Assembly: GCA_023954175.1 (NCBI GenBank)
Contig: JAMLIM010000008.1
Coordinates: forward strand, 12,623-76,622
Length of the DNA: 64,000 bases
Direction: 5' to 3'
Source: Rhizobacter sp.
GTDB taxonomy: Bacteria > Pseudomonadota > Gammaproteobacteria > Burkholderiales > Burkholderiaceae_C
The notes under the pieces were generated by a model. The model worked only from the letters and a program-made list of their open reading frames with translations. It was not told where the DNA came from and did no database searches. The position numbers and the translations under genes were made by a program. Position 1 is the stretch's first letter; each line of letters starts with the position of its first letter. This document shows positions 48,796 to 60,675 of the stretch, one piece after another.

Positions 48796-49338
48796 TCAGT
48801 GGCTTCGCCCACCCTTGTACTGCGACTGGGTGCGCCGCACGCGCTGCGTCGCGCGTTCGATCGCGGCGAACGAGCGCGCGGCGTGCGCGTGGCACACGGC
48901 GAGGCCGAGGGCGTCGGCAGCGTCCTTGCCGGGCAGCCCGGGCAGCGCGAGCAGGCGCGAGACCATCTGCTGCACCTGCTCCTTGCGCGCCTGGCCGTGG
49001 CCGACGACGGCCTTCTTCATCTGCAGCGCGGTGTATTCGGCGACTTCGACGCCGGCCGAGACGAGTGCGGTGATCGCGGCGCCGCGCGCCTGGCCGAGCA
49101 GCAGCGTGCTCTGCGGGTTGACGTTGACGAACACGATCTCGACCGACGCGCAGTGCGGCGTGTAGCGCGCGACGATCTCGCGCACGCCGTCGAAGATGAT
49201 CTTCAGGCGCGACGGCAGGCTGCCGCTGTCCGCGGCGTCGGTCTTGATCGTGCCGCTCGCGACGTAGTGCAGCGTCGCGCCGTCGACGTCGATCACGCCC
49301 CAGCCGGTGGTGCGCAGACCGGGGTCGATGCCGAGCAT
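48796..49338 (-). CDS. ruvC: crossover junction endodeoxyribonuclease RuvC
   Basis: [17 protein letters not shown]..., IKTD..., [34 protein letters not shown] at 49344 (MRMLGIDPG) is an alternative start. Confidence 0.93.
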   Translation of the reverse strand: MLGIDPGLRTTGWGVIDVDGATLHYVASGTIKTDAADSGSLPSRLKIIFDGVREIVARYTPHCASVEIVFVNVNPQSTLLLGQARGAAITALVSAGVEVAEYTALQMKKAVVGHGQARKEQVQQMVSRLLALPGLPGKDAADALGLAVCHAHAARSFAAIERATQRVRRTQSQYKGGRSH

Positions 49339-49349
49339 GCGCAAGCTCG

Positions 49350-50321
49350 TCACGGCAGGAAGAGACGCCGCACGACGTGATAGAAGACCGGCGCGGCGAA
49401 GCACAGCGGCGCGACGCGGTCGAGCAGGCCGACCGCGCCCGTCACCGTCGCCTTGCCGCCCCAGTGGCGCACGCCGGCGTCGCGCTTGAGCGCCTTCATC
49501 ACGAGGTCGCCGAGCGTGCCGATCGCGCCCGCCAGCGCACCCATCGCGACCGCTTGCCAGGGCTTGAACGGCGTCGCCCAGTACAGCAGCCCGCCGACCA
49601 GGCCCGCGGCGAACGCGCCGCCGAACCATGCGCGCCACGAGAACGTGCGGCTGATCTGGCGCGCCACCGGCAGGCTGCGCAGGCGGCGCGAGATGCTCTC
49701 CTGTGCGATGTAGGCGCCGGCGACGACCATGACGAGATAGAAGACGAGGAACGCGCCGCGCCCGGTGTAGCCCGGGAAGTCGAGCAGCAGCAGCGCCGGT
49801 GCGTGGCTCATGCCGTAGACGCAGACCATGATGCCCCACTGGATCTTCGCGGTGCGCTCGAGGAAGCGCTGCGGATCGTTGCCGAGCGCGCTGACGACCG
49901 GGATCGCGAGGAAGCTGTAGACCGGGATCAGCACCATGAACAGGTTCAGCCCCTGCGCGCCGGCCAGCACGAACTGCGCCGGCAGGATGACGAAGAACGC
50001 GAGCAGCAGGCTGCGATGGTCGGCGCGCCGCGTGTGCGTGAGCGTGATGAATTCGCGCAGCGCGATGAAGGACAGCACGGCGAACAGCAGCGTCGCGCCG
50101 ACGCGGCCCGAGATCCATGCCACCCAGAACGCGAGCGCGCCGATCCACACGGCGCCCAGATCGCGCTTGAAGCGCTGCCGGCGCTCGCTCTCGCGCGCGT
50201 CGTCGGTCTCGCGCAGCGACCGGATCTGCGACGCCGCCGACACGATCGCGAGCAGGCCGAACAGCACGACGAACAGCAGGCCCACCTGCTGCGTCACGCT
50301 CAGGCCGCGCAGCGCGCCCAT
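49350..50321 (-). CDS. phosphatidate cytidylyltransferase family protein (CdsA-like)
   Basis: 323 aa, polytopic. The C-terminal [18 protein letters not shown]...GLLDRV resembles the CTP-transferase-1 signature. Its start shares 1 nt with the upstream stop. Confidence 0.78.
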   Translation of the reverse strand: MGALRGLSVTQQVGLLFVVLFGLLAIVSAASQIRSLRETDDARESERRQRFKRDLGAVWIGALAFWVAWISGRVGATLLFAVLSFIALREFITLTHTRRADHRSLLLAFFVILPAQFVLAGAQGLNLFMVLIPVYSFLAIPVVSALGNDPQRFLERTAKIQWGIMVCVYGMSHAPALLLLDFPGYTGRGAFLVFYLVMVVAGAYIAQESISRRLRSLPVARQISRTFSWRAWFGGAFAAGLVGGLLYWATPFKPWQAVAMGALAGAIGTLGDLVMKALKRDAGVRHWGGKATVTGAVGLLDRVAPLCFAAPVFYHVVRRLFLP

Positions 50322-50938
50322 TACGCCGCCGCCCGCAGGGCGATCACCGCGTCGCGCGCGCGGGCGAGGAACTCGTGCTTGTCCTCACCCGGCGCGAGGT
50401 GCAGCGGCGCACCGAACGTGACCGAGCACAGGATCGGCACCGGCACGACTTCGCCCTTGGGCATCACGCGCTGCACGTTGTCGATCCAGGCCGGGACGAG
50501 CTGCACCTCGGGGAAGCGCTCGGCCAGGTGAAACAGGCCCGCCTTGAATGCCTGCGGTTCGCCCTTGCTGCTGCGCGTGCCTTCGGGAAAGATGACGATC
50601 GAGTCGCCGCCCTCGAGCGCCTGCGCGAGCGGCTCGAGCGGGTCTTCCTCCTCGCCGCGCACGCGGCTGACGTAGACGGCGTTGAAGACGTCGTGCGTCA
50701 GCCAGTGCTTGAAGCGGTTCGCGGTCCAGTAGTCCTTCGCCGCGATCGGCCGCGTGCGCGTGCGCAGGTCGCGCGGCAGCGCGGCCCAGATCAGCACCCA
50801 GTCGAAATGGCTCTGGTGGTTGGCGAAGTAGATGCGCTGCTCGGCCTTCGGCGGGCAGCCGTACCAGTGCCCCTGTGCGCCGGTGATCAGACGCGTGAGC
50901 CCGACGAGGAAGAACCCGGCGGCGTCGGCGAGCTTCAT
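50321..50938 (-). CDS. lysophospholipid (1-acyl-sn-glycerol-3-phosphate) acyltransferase family protein
   Basis: [12 protein letters not shown] (HX4D motif) and [10 protein letters not shown] (motif III) of the PlsC family. Confidence 0.85.
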   Translation of the reverse strand: MKLADAAGFFLVGLTRLITGAQGHWYGCPPKAEQRIYFANHQSHFDWVLIWAALPRDLRTRTRPIAAKDYWTANRFKHWLTHDVFNAVYVSRVRGEEEDPLEPLAQALEGGDSIVIFPEGTRSSKGEPQAFKAGLFHLAERFPEVQLVPAWIDNVQRVMPKGEVVPVPILCSVTFGAPLHLAPGEDKHEFLARARDAVIALRAAA

Positions 50939-50972
50939 CGCGTGGAGTCGGCCATCCGGCGCTGCCGCGGGC

Positions 50973-52559
<1,587 letters not shown>

Positions 52560-52695
52560 GGTGTCCTTTGCATCGTGGGCGACCGGGGCTGTCGTGCGGC
52601 CCTTGGGGTGAGGCTGTTCGCTGTCGTGGTTGGCGGCCGTGGTTGGTGGCCGTGAGCGGCTGCCTTCGGGTGCCTGCTTGGTGCCTGTCTGGTGC

Positions 52696-52932
52696 CTACT
52701 TGATCAGCCGGTGATCGAGCAGCTTGCGGCGCAGCGTGTTGCGGTTGATGCCGAGCCAGTCGGCGGCGCGCGACTGGTTGCCCTCGGCGTGCTTCATCAC
52801 GACTTCGAGCAGCGGGCGCTCGACGACGCGCTGCATCATGTCGTACATCGCGCTCGGCTCGGTGCCGCGCAGGTCCCGGAAGTAGGTTTCCAGGCTGTCA
52901 CGAACGCATTCCTCGATGTGTTTTTTCGTCAT
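52696..52932 (-). CDS. fis: DNA-binding protein Fis
   Basis: 78 aa. ...[30 protein letters not shown] is the Fis HTH. It overlaps the dusB stop by 4 nt, the classic dusB-fis operon. Confidence 0.9.
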   Translation of the reverse strand: MTKKHIEECVRDSLETYFRDLRGTEPSAMYDMMQRVVERPLLEVVMKHAEGNQSRAADWLGINRNTLRRKLLDHRLIK

Positions 52933-53969
52933 GCGGCTTCCAGCAGGGGTTCTTCTTCGGTGCAACTCATTGTGTCGGGCAGGCGATGATGGGTCTGGCC
53001 GAGCGCGTCGAACCAGTCGCCCACCGCGCGCAACTGCTGTTCGCAATCGTCGAGCGTGTTCATGCGCGCGCGAAACGCCTCGCCGCCGGGCAACCCACGC
53101 ACTGCCCAGCCGATGTGCTTGCGCGCCGTGCGCACCCCGGCGAATTCGCCGTACAGGCTGTAGTGATCATGCAGGTGTTCGATCAGCCAGGCCTTGACCT
53201 CGCGCACCTCGGGTGAAGGTCGATGCGTGCCGGTGGCGAGGAAGTGCGCGATGTCGCCGAAGATCCACGGCCGGCCCTGCGCCGCGCGGCCGATCATGAT
53301 GGCGTCGGCGCCGGTGCGCGCGAGCACCTCGGCCGCCTTCGCAGGCGTCGCGATGTCGCCGTTGGCGGCGACCGGGATCGCAACCGCCGACTTCACCGCG
53401 GCGATCGTGTCGTATTCCGCCTCGCCCTTGTAGCCCTGCTCGCGCGTGCGGCCGTGCACCGCGATCATCGCGATGCCCGCGCCCGCGGCGGCGCGCGCAA
53501 GCCGCACCGCGTTGCGCTCAGCGGCGCGCCAGCCGGTGCGCATCTTGAGCGTGACGGGCACGCCGCGCGGCGCGCACACCGCGACGACGGCATCGATGAT
53601 CGCGAGCGCGAGCGGCTCGTCCTGCATCAGCGCCGAGCCGGCCCACTTGTTGCACACCTTCTTCGCCGGGCAGCCCATGTTGATGTCGATGATCTGCGCG
53701 CCGCGGTCGATGTTGTAGGCCGCCGCCTCGGCCATCATCGCCGCGTCCGTGCCGGCGATCTGGACCGCGATCGGCGCCGTCTCGCCGTCGTGATTGGCGC
53801 GCCGCGAGGTCTTCAGGCTCGCCCACAGGTCCTTGCGCGCCGTCACCATCTCGCTCACCGCATAGCCCGCGCCGAGGCGCTTGCACAGCTGGCGAAACGG
53901 CCGGTCCGTGACGCCCGCCATCGGCGCGACGAACAATCGGTTGGGCAGGTCGATGGCGCCGATGCGCAT
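52929..53969 (-). CDS. dusB: tRNA-dihydrouridine synthase B
   Basis: MRIGAIDLPNRLFVAPMAGVTDRPFRQLCKRLGAG..., IDINMGCPAKKV, HGRTR. ATG at 53969 inside track ORF 52929..54179. Confidence 0.93.
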   Translation of the reverse strand: MRIGAIDLPNRLFVAPMAGVTDRPFRQLCKRLGAGYAVSEMVTARKDLWASLKTSRRANHDGETAPIAVQIAGTDAAMMAEAAAYNIDRGAQIIDINMGCPAKKVCNKWAGSALMQDEPLALAIIDAVVAVCAPRGVPVTLKMRTGWRAAERNAVRLARAAAGAGIAMIAVHGRTREQGYKGEAEYDTIAAVKSAVAIPVAANGDIATPAKAAEVLARTGADAIMIGRAAQGRPWIFGDIAHFLATGTHRPSPEVREVKAWLIEHLHDHYSLYGEFAGVRTARKHIGWAVRGLPGGEAFRARMNTLDDCEQQLRAVGDWFDALGQTHHRLPDTMSCTEEEPLLEAA

Positions 53970-54079
53970 GAGGCGGGGGGTTCCGAGGGGTGCTGAAAAA
54001 GGAGGCAGCAGTATAGCGGCCGCCTGCCGCGCAACGATGGCGCACAGTGCGTGCAGTGGTGAAGCCGTCGACGCAGATA

Positions 54080-54571
54080 ATGCGCCGCATGCCACCGTGG
54101 ATGGAGTCGCTGATCGCGCTGCTCGCGCTGCCCAAGTTCGGGCTGAGCACGGTGTTCCTGATCTCGTTCGTCTCGGCAACGCTGTTGCCGCTCGGCTCCG
54201 AGCCGGCGGTGATCGGCCTCGTCAAGCTCGACCCCTGGCTGTTCTGGCCCGCGGTCTTCGTCGCGACGGCCGGCAACACGCTCGGCGGCGCGCTGACCTA
54301 CTGGATGGGTTACGGCGCCGAGCGCGCCTACGAGAAGGTGGCGCTGCACAAGCCGGAGGCGCGCGCGCTGCAGTGGCTGCGCCGCTTCGGCGCCAAGGGC
54401 TGCCTCTTGTCCTGGCTGCCGATCGTCGGCGACCCGCTGTGCGCCGTCGCCGGCTGGCTCCGGCTGCCGTTCTGGCCGTGCGTGGTCTACATGGCGATCG
54501 GCAAGTTCGCGCGCTACGTGACGATGACGGCGGCCGTCATCTGGCTGTTCCCGGGTCAGTTCACGTTCTGA
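54080..54571 (+). CDS. YqaA/DedA-type (SNARE-associated) inner-membrane protein
   Basis: FLISFVSATLLPLGSEPAVIGL..., AGNTLGGALTYWMGY, LSWLPIVGDPLCAVAGWL. The start is uncertain (54047, 54080, 54089 or 54101). Confidence 0.72.
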   Translation: MRRMPPWMESLIALLALPKFGLSTVFLISFVSATLLPLGSEPAVIGLVKLDPWLFWPAVFVATAGNTLGGALTYWMGYGAERAYEKVALHKPEARALQWLRRFGAKGCLLSWLPIVGDPLCAVAGWLRLPFWPCVVYMAIGKFARYVTMTAAVIWLFPGQFTF

Positions 54572-54583
54572 TGCGGACGGCCG

Positions 54584-55825
54584 TCAGGCAGCGAATTCGC
54601 CGAGCGCCACGTCCAGGTCGTCGAGAACCTCTTCGAGTCGGCGTACCGCGCGTGCCGACGGTCTGCGCTTTGCGTGTCGCCTGCCAAGCAGATGTCGATG
54701 CGGATCGTCGAGCGCGGCATCGTCGAAGCGGATGCCGTGCGGCGCGAACTGGCGTGCGAGCGCGGTGCGGCGCGAGCGCAGCAGGTGCCGCGTCTGCTGA
54801 TAGGCGTGCTCGGCGAGCGCGCGGCGCTGCTTGTAGCTGAAGGTGTTGGCGAGGAAGAGCTCGGCATCGCGATGATCGGGCTCGAACAGCACGATGGTCG
54901 CGTCCGGATGGCTGCGCTCGTAGCCCTTGAGGCCGAGCGCCAGGCGCGAGTGGATCAGCGAACGGAAGGTCTGCGACAGCACGACCGGCAGGCCGCCGTC
55001 GACGAGGCGCGGGATGCGCTCTTCACCGCTGCTCATCACCTGGTGCCGCGGCGCGGCGCTGGCATCGAAGGGCACGAGCGGATTCAGGCAGATCAGCAGG
55101 TCGATCCCTTCATCGAGCAGCACGGTCGCGTGCAGCGTCTTCTTCAGCGCGCCGTCGACGTAGTGCCGGCCGTCGATCTCGACCGGCGGGAACAGGCCCG
55201 GCAGCGCGGCGCTCGCCTGGATCGCGCGCGAGATCGGCACGTGGTCGAAGCCGGGCTGGCCGAACGGCGCGGCCTCTCCGGTATCGAGGTCGGTCGCGAC
55301 GAGCACCAGCTTGCGCGGCAGATTGCGGAAGTCGTTGCTGCGGCCGGGCGCGCTGAACACGCGCCGCATCTGCGCCTCGAGCGGGTGGTTCGAGAACAGG
55401 CCCGCCGGCAGCGCACGGCCGATGTGCTCGAAGGCGACGAGCAGCGAACGCCGCTCGACGACATAGCGCCAGGCCGCCTGCGCCAGCAGCGCGGGCAGCT
55501 TCGCCACGCGGCGTGCGTATTCGCCCCAGGCCGGCCGCATCAGCGTGCCCGGGTGCAGGATGTCGTCTGCCGCGCCCTCGTTCTCGATGAACGCGCGGCA
55601 CAAATCGCGCGGTGTGATGCCGTTGGCGAGCGCCGCCGCAATGAAGCCGCCGGCCGAGACGCCGACGTAGCCGTCGCACTGCGTGAGCTCGAGCCCGGTG
55701 AGCGATTCCTCGAGCGCGCACAGCGCGCCGATCTCGTAGATCGCGCCCAACGGTCCGCCGCCCGCGAGTGCGAGGCCGATGCGTGATGTCGCAGCGGCGG
55801 GGGGCCGTTCGTCATGCCCGCCCAT
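54584..55825 (-). CDS. patatin-like phospholipase family protein
   Basis: IGLALAGGGPLGAIYEIGAL (oxyanion GGGxxG), YVGVSAGGFIAA (GxSxG nucleophile elbow), YVDGAL (catalytic Asp region). ATG at 55825; the longer track ORF would overlap the phasin gene. Confidence 0.85.
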   Translation of the reverse strand: MGGHDERPPAAATSRIGLALAGGGPLGAIYEIGALCALEESLTGLELTQCDGYVGVSAGGFIAAALANGITPRDLCRAFIENEGAADDILHPGTLMRPAWGEYARRVAKLPALLAQAAWRYVVERRSLLVAFEHIGRALPAGLFSNHPLEAQMRRVFSAPGRSNDFRNLPRKLVLVATDLDTGEAAPFGQPGFDHVPISRAIQASAALPGLFPPVEIDGRHYVDGALKKTLHATVLLDEGIDLLICLNPLVPFDASAAPRHQVMSSGEERIPRLVDGGLPVVLSQTFRSLIHSRLALGLKGYERSHPDATIVLFEPDHRDAELFLANTFSYKQRRALAEHAYQQTRHLLRSRRTALARQFAPHGIRFDDAALDDPHRHLLGRRHAKRRPSARAVRRLEEVLDDLDVALGEFAA

Positions 55826-55892
55826 GGGCGGACGCTGCGCAGCAGCGTCTCGACCGCCGCCCGCGAGCGCCAACCCGACCGGCGCCGGCTTC

Positions 55893-56444
55893 TTACGCGG
55901 CCGCGGTCTTGCGGGCGGCACGCTTTGCGGCAGGCTTGGCGGCCTTCTTCGCTGCGGTCTTCTTGGCGGCAGCCTTCTTGGCCGCAGGCTTGGCGGCGGT
56001 GGCCTTCACCGGCGCGCCCGACAACTTGGCGACGCTCGCGCTGAGGGCATCGATGCGCGCCATCAGCGCGTCCACGTCCTTCGCCGAGGGCACGCCCAGG
56101 CGATTGAGCGCCTTCGCGACGCGCTCCTCGAAGATCGTCTCGAGCTTGTCCCAGTGCTGCGTCGCCTTGCCCGACAAGCCGCCGGCCATGTTCGTCATCT
56201 TGCTCGTCACTTCGGTGATCTTGTCCTCGGCGACGGTCTGCGTCTTGCGCTGCAGCGAGACGCCTTCCTTCACCAGCGCGTCGAACACCTTGCCGCCTTC
56301 GGCCTGCGCCTTCGAGAACGCGCCGAGCCCGGCGAGCCAGATCTGTTGCGCCGAATCCTTGACAGTGTTCGCGAGCGGGCTGTCGAGCAGCCCTGCCGGG
56401 CCGGTGGCCTGCTTCTCGCTGAGTGCCTTGAGTTTCTTGACCAT
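55893..56444 (-). CDS. phasin family protein with a histone-H1-like AAKP tail (PhaF/PhaI-like)
   Basis: This is the C-terminal 183 codons of track ORF 55893..58214: QQIWLAGLGAFSKAQAEGGKVFDALVKEG...LGVPSAKDVDALMARIDALS, followed by KATAAKPAAKKAAAKKTAAKKAAKPAAKRAARK. Confidence 0.85.
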   Translation of the reverse strand: MVKKLKALSEKQATGPAGLLDSPLANTVKDSAQQIWLAGLGAFSKAQAEGGKVFDALVKEGVSLQRKTQTVAEDKITEVTSKMTNMAGGLSGKATQHWDKLETIFEERVAKALNRLGVPSAKDVDALMARIDALSASVAKLSGAPVKATAAKPAAKKAAAKKTAAKKAAKPAAKRAARKTAAA

Positions 56445-56672
56445 GATCGATGTGCCTTTGCGTGCCGCCGCCACTCCCCCGTGGAGCGGCGATCCGGCAG
56501 CAACTATAAGGACTCGGCGTGGAGAGGGCAGCCTAATTCGGCTGCGCGCGGCATGCTGCCCACGGCAGGCGATTCGTTGCCGCGACGAAGCGAATCCGGG
56601 TAAGCGCGCGACAGGCGTACGGCGCGATGGGTAAGAATGCACGTTCGATCGCCAACCGCCACAGGAGGCCCC

Positions 56673-58670
56673 ATGCAGTATTTCGTCACCGGCGCGACCG
56701 GTTTCATCGGCAAACGACTTGTCAAGACGCTGCTCGCGCGGCGCGGCGCGGTGGTGTACTACCTGCTGCGGCCCGAGAGCGAAGGCAAGGTGCCGGAGCT
56801 GCTCGCGTACTGGGGCGTGACGAAGGCGCGCGCGATCCCCGTCCTCGGCGACCTGACGAGCAAGAAGCTCGGCGCGAGCGCCGACGACGTGAAGAAGCTC
56901 AAGGGCAAGATCGACCACCTGTACCACCTCGCCGCCGTCTACGACCTGTCGGCCGACGAAGAGAGCCAGGTCAAGGTCAACATCGACGGCACGCGCAGCG
57001 CGATCGAATTCGCGAAGGCGATCGACGCCAAGCACTTCCATCACGTGTCGTCGATCGCCGCCGCCGGCCTCTACGAAGGCGTGTTCCGCGAGGACATGTT
57101 CGAAGAGGCCGAGGGCCTCGAGCACCCGTACTTCATGACCAAGCACGAGAGCGAGAAGATCGTGCGCAAGGAATGCAAGGTGCCGTGGACGGTCTACCGC
57201 CCGGCGATGGTCGTCGGCGATTCGACGACCGGCGAGATGGACAAGGTCGACGGGCCGTACTACTTCTTCAAGCTGATCCAGCGCATGCGCCAGATCCTGC
57301 CGCCGTGGATGCCGTCGATCGGCCTCGAAGGCGGGCGCGTCAACATCGTGCCGGTGGACTTCGTCGTCGCCGCGCTGGATCACATCAGCCATCACAGCGC
57401 GCGCGCCAGCGGCAAGTGCTTCCATCTCGTCGATCCGGTCGGCTACCGCGTCGGCGACGTGCTCGACATCTTCAGCAAGGCGGCGCACGCGCCGAAGATG
57501 AACCTCTTCGTCAACGCCGCGCTGTTCGGCTTCATCCCGAAGGGCGTGAGGAAGGGCATGCTCGCGATCGCGCCGGTGCGGCGGGTGAAGAACGCGGTGA
57601 TGAAGGACCTCGGCGTGCCCGAGAGCATGATGGCCTTCGTCAACTACCCGACGCGCTTCGACTGCCGCGAGACGCTCGCCGCGCTGAAGGGCAGCGGCAT
57701 CGAGTGCCCCAACCTGCGCGACTACGCATGGCGCTTGTGGGACTACTGGGAGCGCCACCTCGACCCGGCCCTCTTCGTCGACCGCTCGCTGCGCGGCACG
57801 GTTGCAGGCAAGGTCGTGCTCGTCACCGGCGGCAGCTCGGGCATCGGCCTGTCGGCGGCGTGCAAGTTCGCCGAGGCGGGCGCGATCACCGTCATCTGCG
57901 CGCGCGGCGAGGACAAGCTGGCCGATGCCGTCAGGCACATCCGCGAGGTGGCCGGCAAGAACGCCCAGGTGTTCAGCTACGCGGTCGACATCGCCGACGA
58001 GGCGAGCTGCGCCGAGTTCGTGCGCCTGCTGCAGCAGGAACATGGCGGCGTCGACTACCTGATCAACAACGCCGGGCGCTCGATCCGGCGCGCGATCGAG
58101 TCGAGCTACGACCGCTTCCACGACTACGAGCGCACGATGCAGCTGAACTACTTCGGCGCGCTGCGCGTGACGATGGGGCTGCTGCCGGGCATGGTCGCCA
58201 AGCGTCGCGGCCACGTCGTCAACATCAGCTCGATCAGCGTGCTCGTCAACGCGCCGCGCTTTTCAGCGTACGTCGCGAGCAAGGCGGCGCTAGACGCCTG
58301 GACCGCCTGCGCGTCGAGCGAGTACGCGGACCAGGGCATCACCTGGACCACCGTCAACATGCCGCTCGTGCGCACGCCGATGACGGCGCCGACCAAGATC
58401 TACGACAACATGCCGCTGCTCGACCCCGAGGAGGCGGCGATGATGATCGTCAATGCCTGCATCGACAAACCGGTGCGCGTGGCGACGCGCCTGGGCGTGT
58501 TCGGCGCGATGCTGCACACCGCGGCGCCGCGCATCACGCAGATCATCATGAACACGACCTTCCGCATGTTCCCCGACAGTGCGGCGGCCAAGGGCGACCG
58601 AAGCGGCAAGCCGCAGCTCTCGGCCGAGGCAATCGCGATGGCGCAGATGATGAAGGGCATTCACTTCTGA
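56673..58670 (+). CDS. two-domain fatty acyl-CoA reductase (N-terminal NAD_binding_4 reductase plus C-terminal classical SDR)
   Basis: An AGGAGG RBS precedes MQYFVTGATGFIGKRL..., then YFMTKHESEK (YxxxK). The second domain has VVLVTGGSSGIGL and SAYVASKAAL. The architecture matches alcohol-forming acyl-CoA reductases of Marinobacter type. Confidence 0.82.
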   Translation: MQYFVTGATGFIGKRLVKTLLARRGAVVYYLLRPESEGKVPELLAYWGVTKARAIPVLGDLTSKKLGASADDVKKLKGKIDHLYHLAAVYDLSADEESQVKVNIDGTRSAIEFAKAIDAKHFHHVSSIAAAGLYEGVFREDMFEEAEGLEHPYFMTKHESEKIVRKECKVPWTVYRPAMVVGDSTTGEMDKVDGPYYFFKLIQRMRQILPPWMPSIGLEGGRVNIVPVDFVVAALDHISHHSARASGKCFHLVDPVGYRVGDVLDIFSKAAHAPKMNLFVNAALFGFIPKGVRKGMLAIAPVRRVKNAVMKDLGVPESMMAFVNYPTRFDCRETLAALKGSGIECPNLRDYAWRLWDYWERHLDPALFVDRSLRGTVAGKVVLVTGGSSGIGLSAACKFAEAGAITVICARGEDKLADAVRHIREVAGKNAQVFSYAVDIADEASCAEFVRLLQQEHGGVDYLINNAGRSIRRAIESSYDRFHDYERTMQLNYFGALRVTMGLLPGMVAKRRGHVVNISSISVLVNAPRFSAYVASKAALDAWTACASSEYADQGITWTTVNMPLVRTPMTAPTKIYDNMPLLDPEEAAMMIVNACIDKPVRVATRLGVFGAMLHTAAPRITQIIMNTTFRMFPDSAAAKGDRSGKPQLSAEAIAMAQMMKGIHF

Positions 58671-58802
58671 CGGCCCCAAGGCTCGGGCTGCGCCCGGCCC
58701 GTCCCGCGCGGGGAGCAAGCAAACCTGGGGCGGCCCGGCGTTTCCTTGAATGCCACAGGACCGGGCAGCGCCCGGCCTGACTCGCCTTCGTGTGGCGTCG
58801 GG

Positions 58803-59492
58803 TCAGCCGAGTTCGCGGCCGAAGAAGCGCAACGTGCGGTCCCACGCCATCTGCGCCCAGGCCGCGTCGTATTGCGTGATCGGAATACGCCCGCGGCCGA
58901 CGGCGGTCTCGTTGGCGAAGCCGTGCTGCGCCAGATAGCGGTGACCCTCGTAGGCAACGCCCGCGCCGCGCAGTTTCTCTTCGAGCGCGTCGACGTTCGT
59001 GATCGGGAACGCGCCGTCCTGCGTCGCCCAGTGCGCGAGCACCGGCACCTTGATCCTGGTCGCATCGACGTATTCGAGCGGCGGCAGGCCGTACCAGACG
59101 ACGCCGGCGTCCACCTCCGGCACGTTGGCGAGCGTCAGCACCGTCAACGCGCCGCCCATGCAGAAGCCCGTCACGGCGACTTTCGGGCAGCGCGCCTTGA
59201 GGTGCTGCACCGCGCCGCGCACGTCCTGCGACGCGGCGTCGCCGAAGTCGAGGTTCGTCATCAGGTGATTCGCTTCTTCGGCCTCGACCGTCGACTTGCC
59301 GCGATACAGATCCGGCACGAGGGCGACGAAGCCGGCCTCCGCAAGCCGGTCCGCGACGCCGCGGATCTGGTCGTTCAGGCCCCACCACTCCTGGATCACG
59401 ACCACACCCGGGCCGCTGCCTGCGGCCGGCTCGGCCAGGTAGCCCTTCACCGTCTTGCCGTCGGGGCGCTGGAAGTCGATCATCTTTGACAT
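58803..59492 (-). CDS. dienelactone hydrolase family protein
   Basis: 229 aa. GVVVIQEWWGLNDQIR, VAVTGFCMGGAL (nucleophile elbow with Cys), and a C-terminal His region. Confidence 0.88.
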   Translation of the reverse strand: MSKMIDFQRPDGKTVKGYLAEPAAGSGPGVVVIQEWWGLNDQIRGVADRLAEAGFVALVPDLYRGKSTVEAEEANHLMTNLDFGDAASQDVRGAVQHLKARCPKVAVTGFCMGGALTVLTLANVPEVDAGVVWYGLPPLEYVDATRIKVPVLAHWATQDGAFPITNVDALEEKLRGAGVAYEGHRYLAQHGFANETAVGRGRIPITQYDAAWAQMAWDRTLRFFGRELG

Positions 59493-59547
59493 GGCACTGG
59501 CCCTCCTCGCTTCGATCGGTCAAGTAGAAGCGAGCCTCCGGCGCGAG

Positions 59548-60675
59548 TCAAGTTGACGCGCCACTGCCTTGCGCAGACGAGCGGCAGCGGTTGATCTCGA
59601 GCGTCACGTGTTCGAGGCCCGCCAGCCCGTCGAGCCGCGCGCGGTACGCATCGGCGCTGGCCGGCGCATCGGCGACGAGCGTGACGGCGCATGCGAAGGC
59701 GTCGCTGCCGACGCGCCACAGGTGCAGGTCGGCCACCTTCGCGTCGCCGTCGCTTTCGAGCCGCTGGCGCAGTGCGGTCGCGAGCGGATGGTCCATCTCG
59801 CGGTCGAGCAGGATGGTCGAACTCTGCATGATCAGCCCGCGCGCCCACCATGCGATCAGCGCCGCGCCGACGAGGCCGACGATCGGATCGAGCGCGAGCC
59901 AGCCCATCCATTTGCCCGCGACGAGCGCGCCGATCGCGAGCACCGAAGTCGCGGCGTCGGCCAGCACATGGGTGTAGGCGGCTTCGCGATTCAGATCCTT
60001 GGCGGCGGCTGGGGGCGCCGACGGTGCGCCGACGTGCGGGTGCGGGTGCGGGGCGGCCTGGCCGGCGGCGAGCGCATGGTCATGCTCATGGCGATGCGCG
60101 TGGGCTTGCGCGTGGGCTTGCGCGTGGGCATGCGCGTGGGCATGCGCGTGGACGTGCGCATGACCGTGGCCCTCACCGTGCGCATGCCCGTCGCCCGCAT
60201 GCAGCAGCCGTGCGCAGACCAGATTGACGATCAGGCCGATCACCGCGACGACGAGCGATTCCTCATAGCCGACCGGCTCCGGGCGGTACAGGCGCACGAT
60301 CGATTCGGCGGTGACGCCGGCGGCCACCACCGCGAGCAGGATCGCGCTCGTGTACGCACCCAGCACCTCGACCTTCCACGGCCCGAGGCTGAAGCGCGCG
60401 TCGCGCGACCAGCGGCGCACGAGCCAGTAGCTGATGCCGGTCACGCCGATCGCCACCGCATGCGTGCCCATGTGCCAGCCGTCGGCCAGCAGCGCCATCG
60501 AGTTCCACCACCAGCCGGCGGCGATCTCGGCCGCCATCATCACGACCGTGATCGCGACCACGATCCATGCGCGGCGCTCGGTCGCGCGGCGATCGGTCGC
60601 GAAGTCGTGCGCGTGCTGCCAGGGGACGAGGTCGTGCTGGTGTTTGTGTGCGTGCATCGGTTTGTGTGCGTGCAT
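59548..60675 (-). CDS. dmeF: cation diffusion facilitator metal efflux transporter (DmeF/CzcD-like) with a His-rich loop
   Basis: MHAHKPMHAHKHQHDL..., LLADGWHMGTHAVAI and THVLADAATSVLAI (CDF metal-site motifs), and the HGEGHGHAHVHAHAHAHAHAQAHAQAHAHRHEHDH loop. Alternative start at 60657. Confidence 0.88.
   Translation of the reverse strand: MHAHKPMHAHKHQHDLVPWQHAHDFATDRRATERRAWIVVAITVVMMAAEIAAGWWWNSMALLADGWHMGTHAVAIGVTGISYWLVRRWSRDARFSLGPWKVEVLGAYTSAILLAVVAAGVTAESIVRLYRPEPVGYEESLVVAVIGLIVNLVCARLLHAGDGHAHGEGHGHAHVHAHAHAHAHAQAHAQAHAHRHEHDHALAAGQAAPHPHPHVGAPSAPPAAAKDLNREAAYTHVLADAATSVLAIGALVAGKWMGWLALDPIVGLVGAALIAWWARGLIMQSSTILLDREMDHPLATALRQRLESDGDAKVADLHLWRVGSDAFACAVTLVADAPASADAYRARLDGLAGLEHVTLEINRCRSSAQGSGAST
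60094..60165. repeat. 12-nt tandem repeat (6 units) encoding the His-Ala loop of the CDF transporter
   Basis: The units are atgcgcgtgggc, ttgcgcgtgggc, ttgcgcgtgggc, atgcgcgtgggc, atgcgcgtggac, gtgcgcatgacc. More degenerate units continue to 60189. Confidence 0.85.

Noticed and set aside
55826-55921. An N-terminal extension of the patatin ORF (MPPARPRPRKKPAPVGLALAGGG...) that even repeats the GLALAGGG motif.
   Set aside because: It would overlap the 3' end of the phasin gene by 29 nt. The extension is Pro/Arg-rich. The duplicated motif reflects a direct DNA repeat of about 20 nt (ccgccgcccgcgag...), and the internal ATG at 55825 gives a normal patatin N-terminus.
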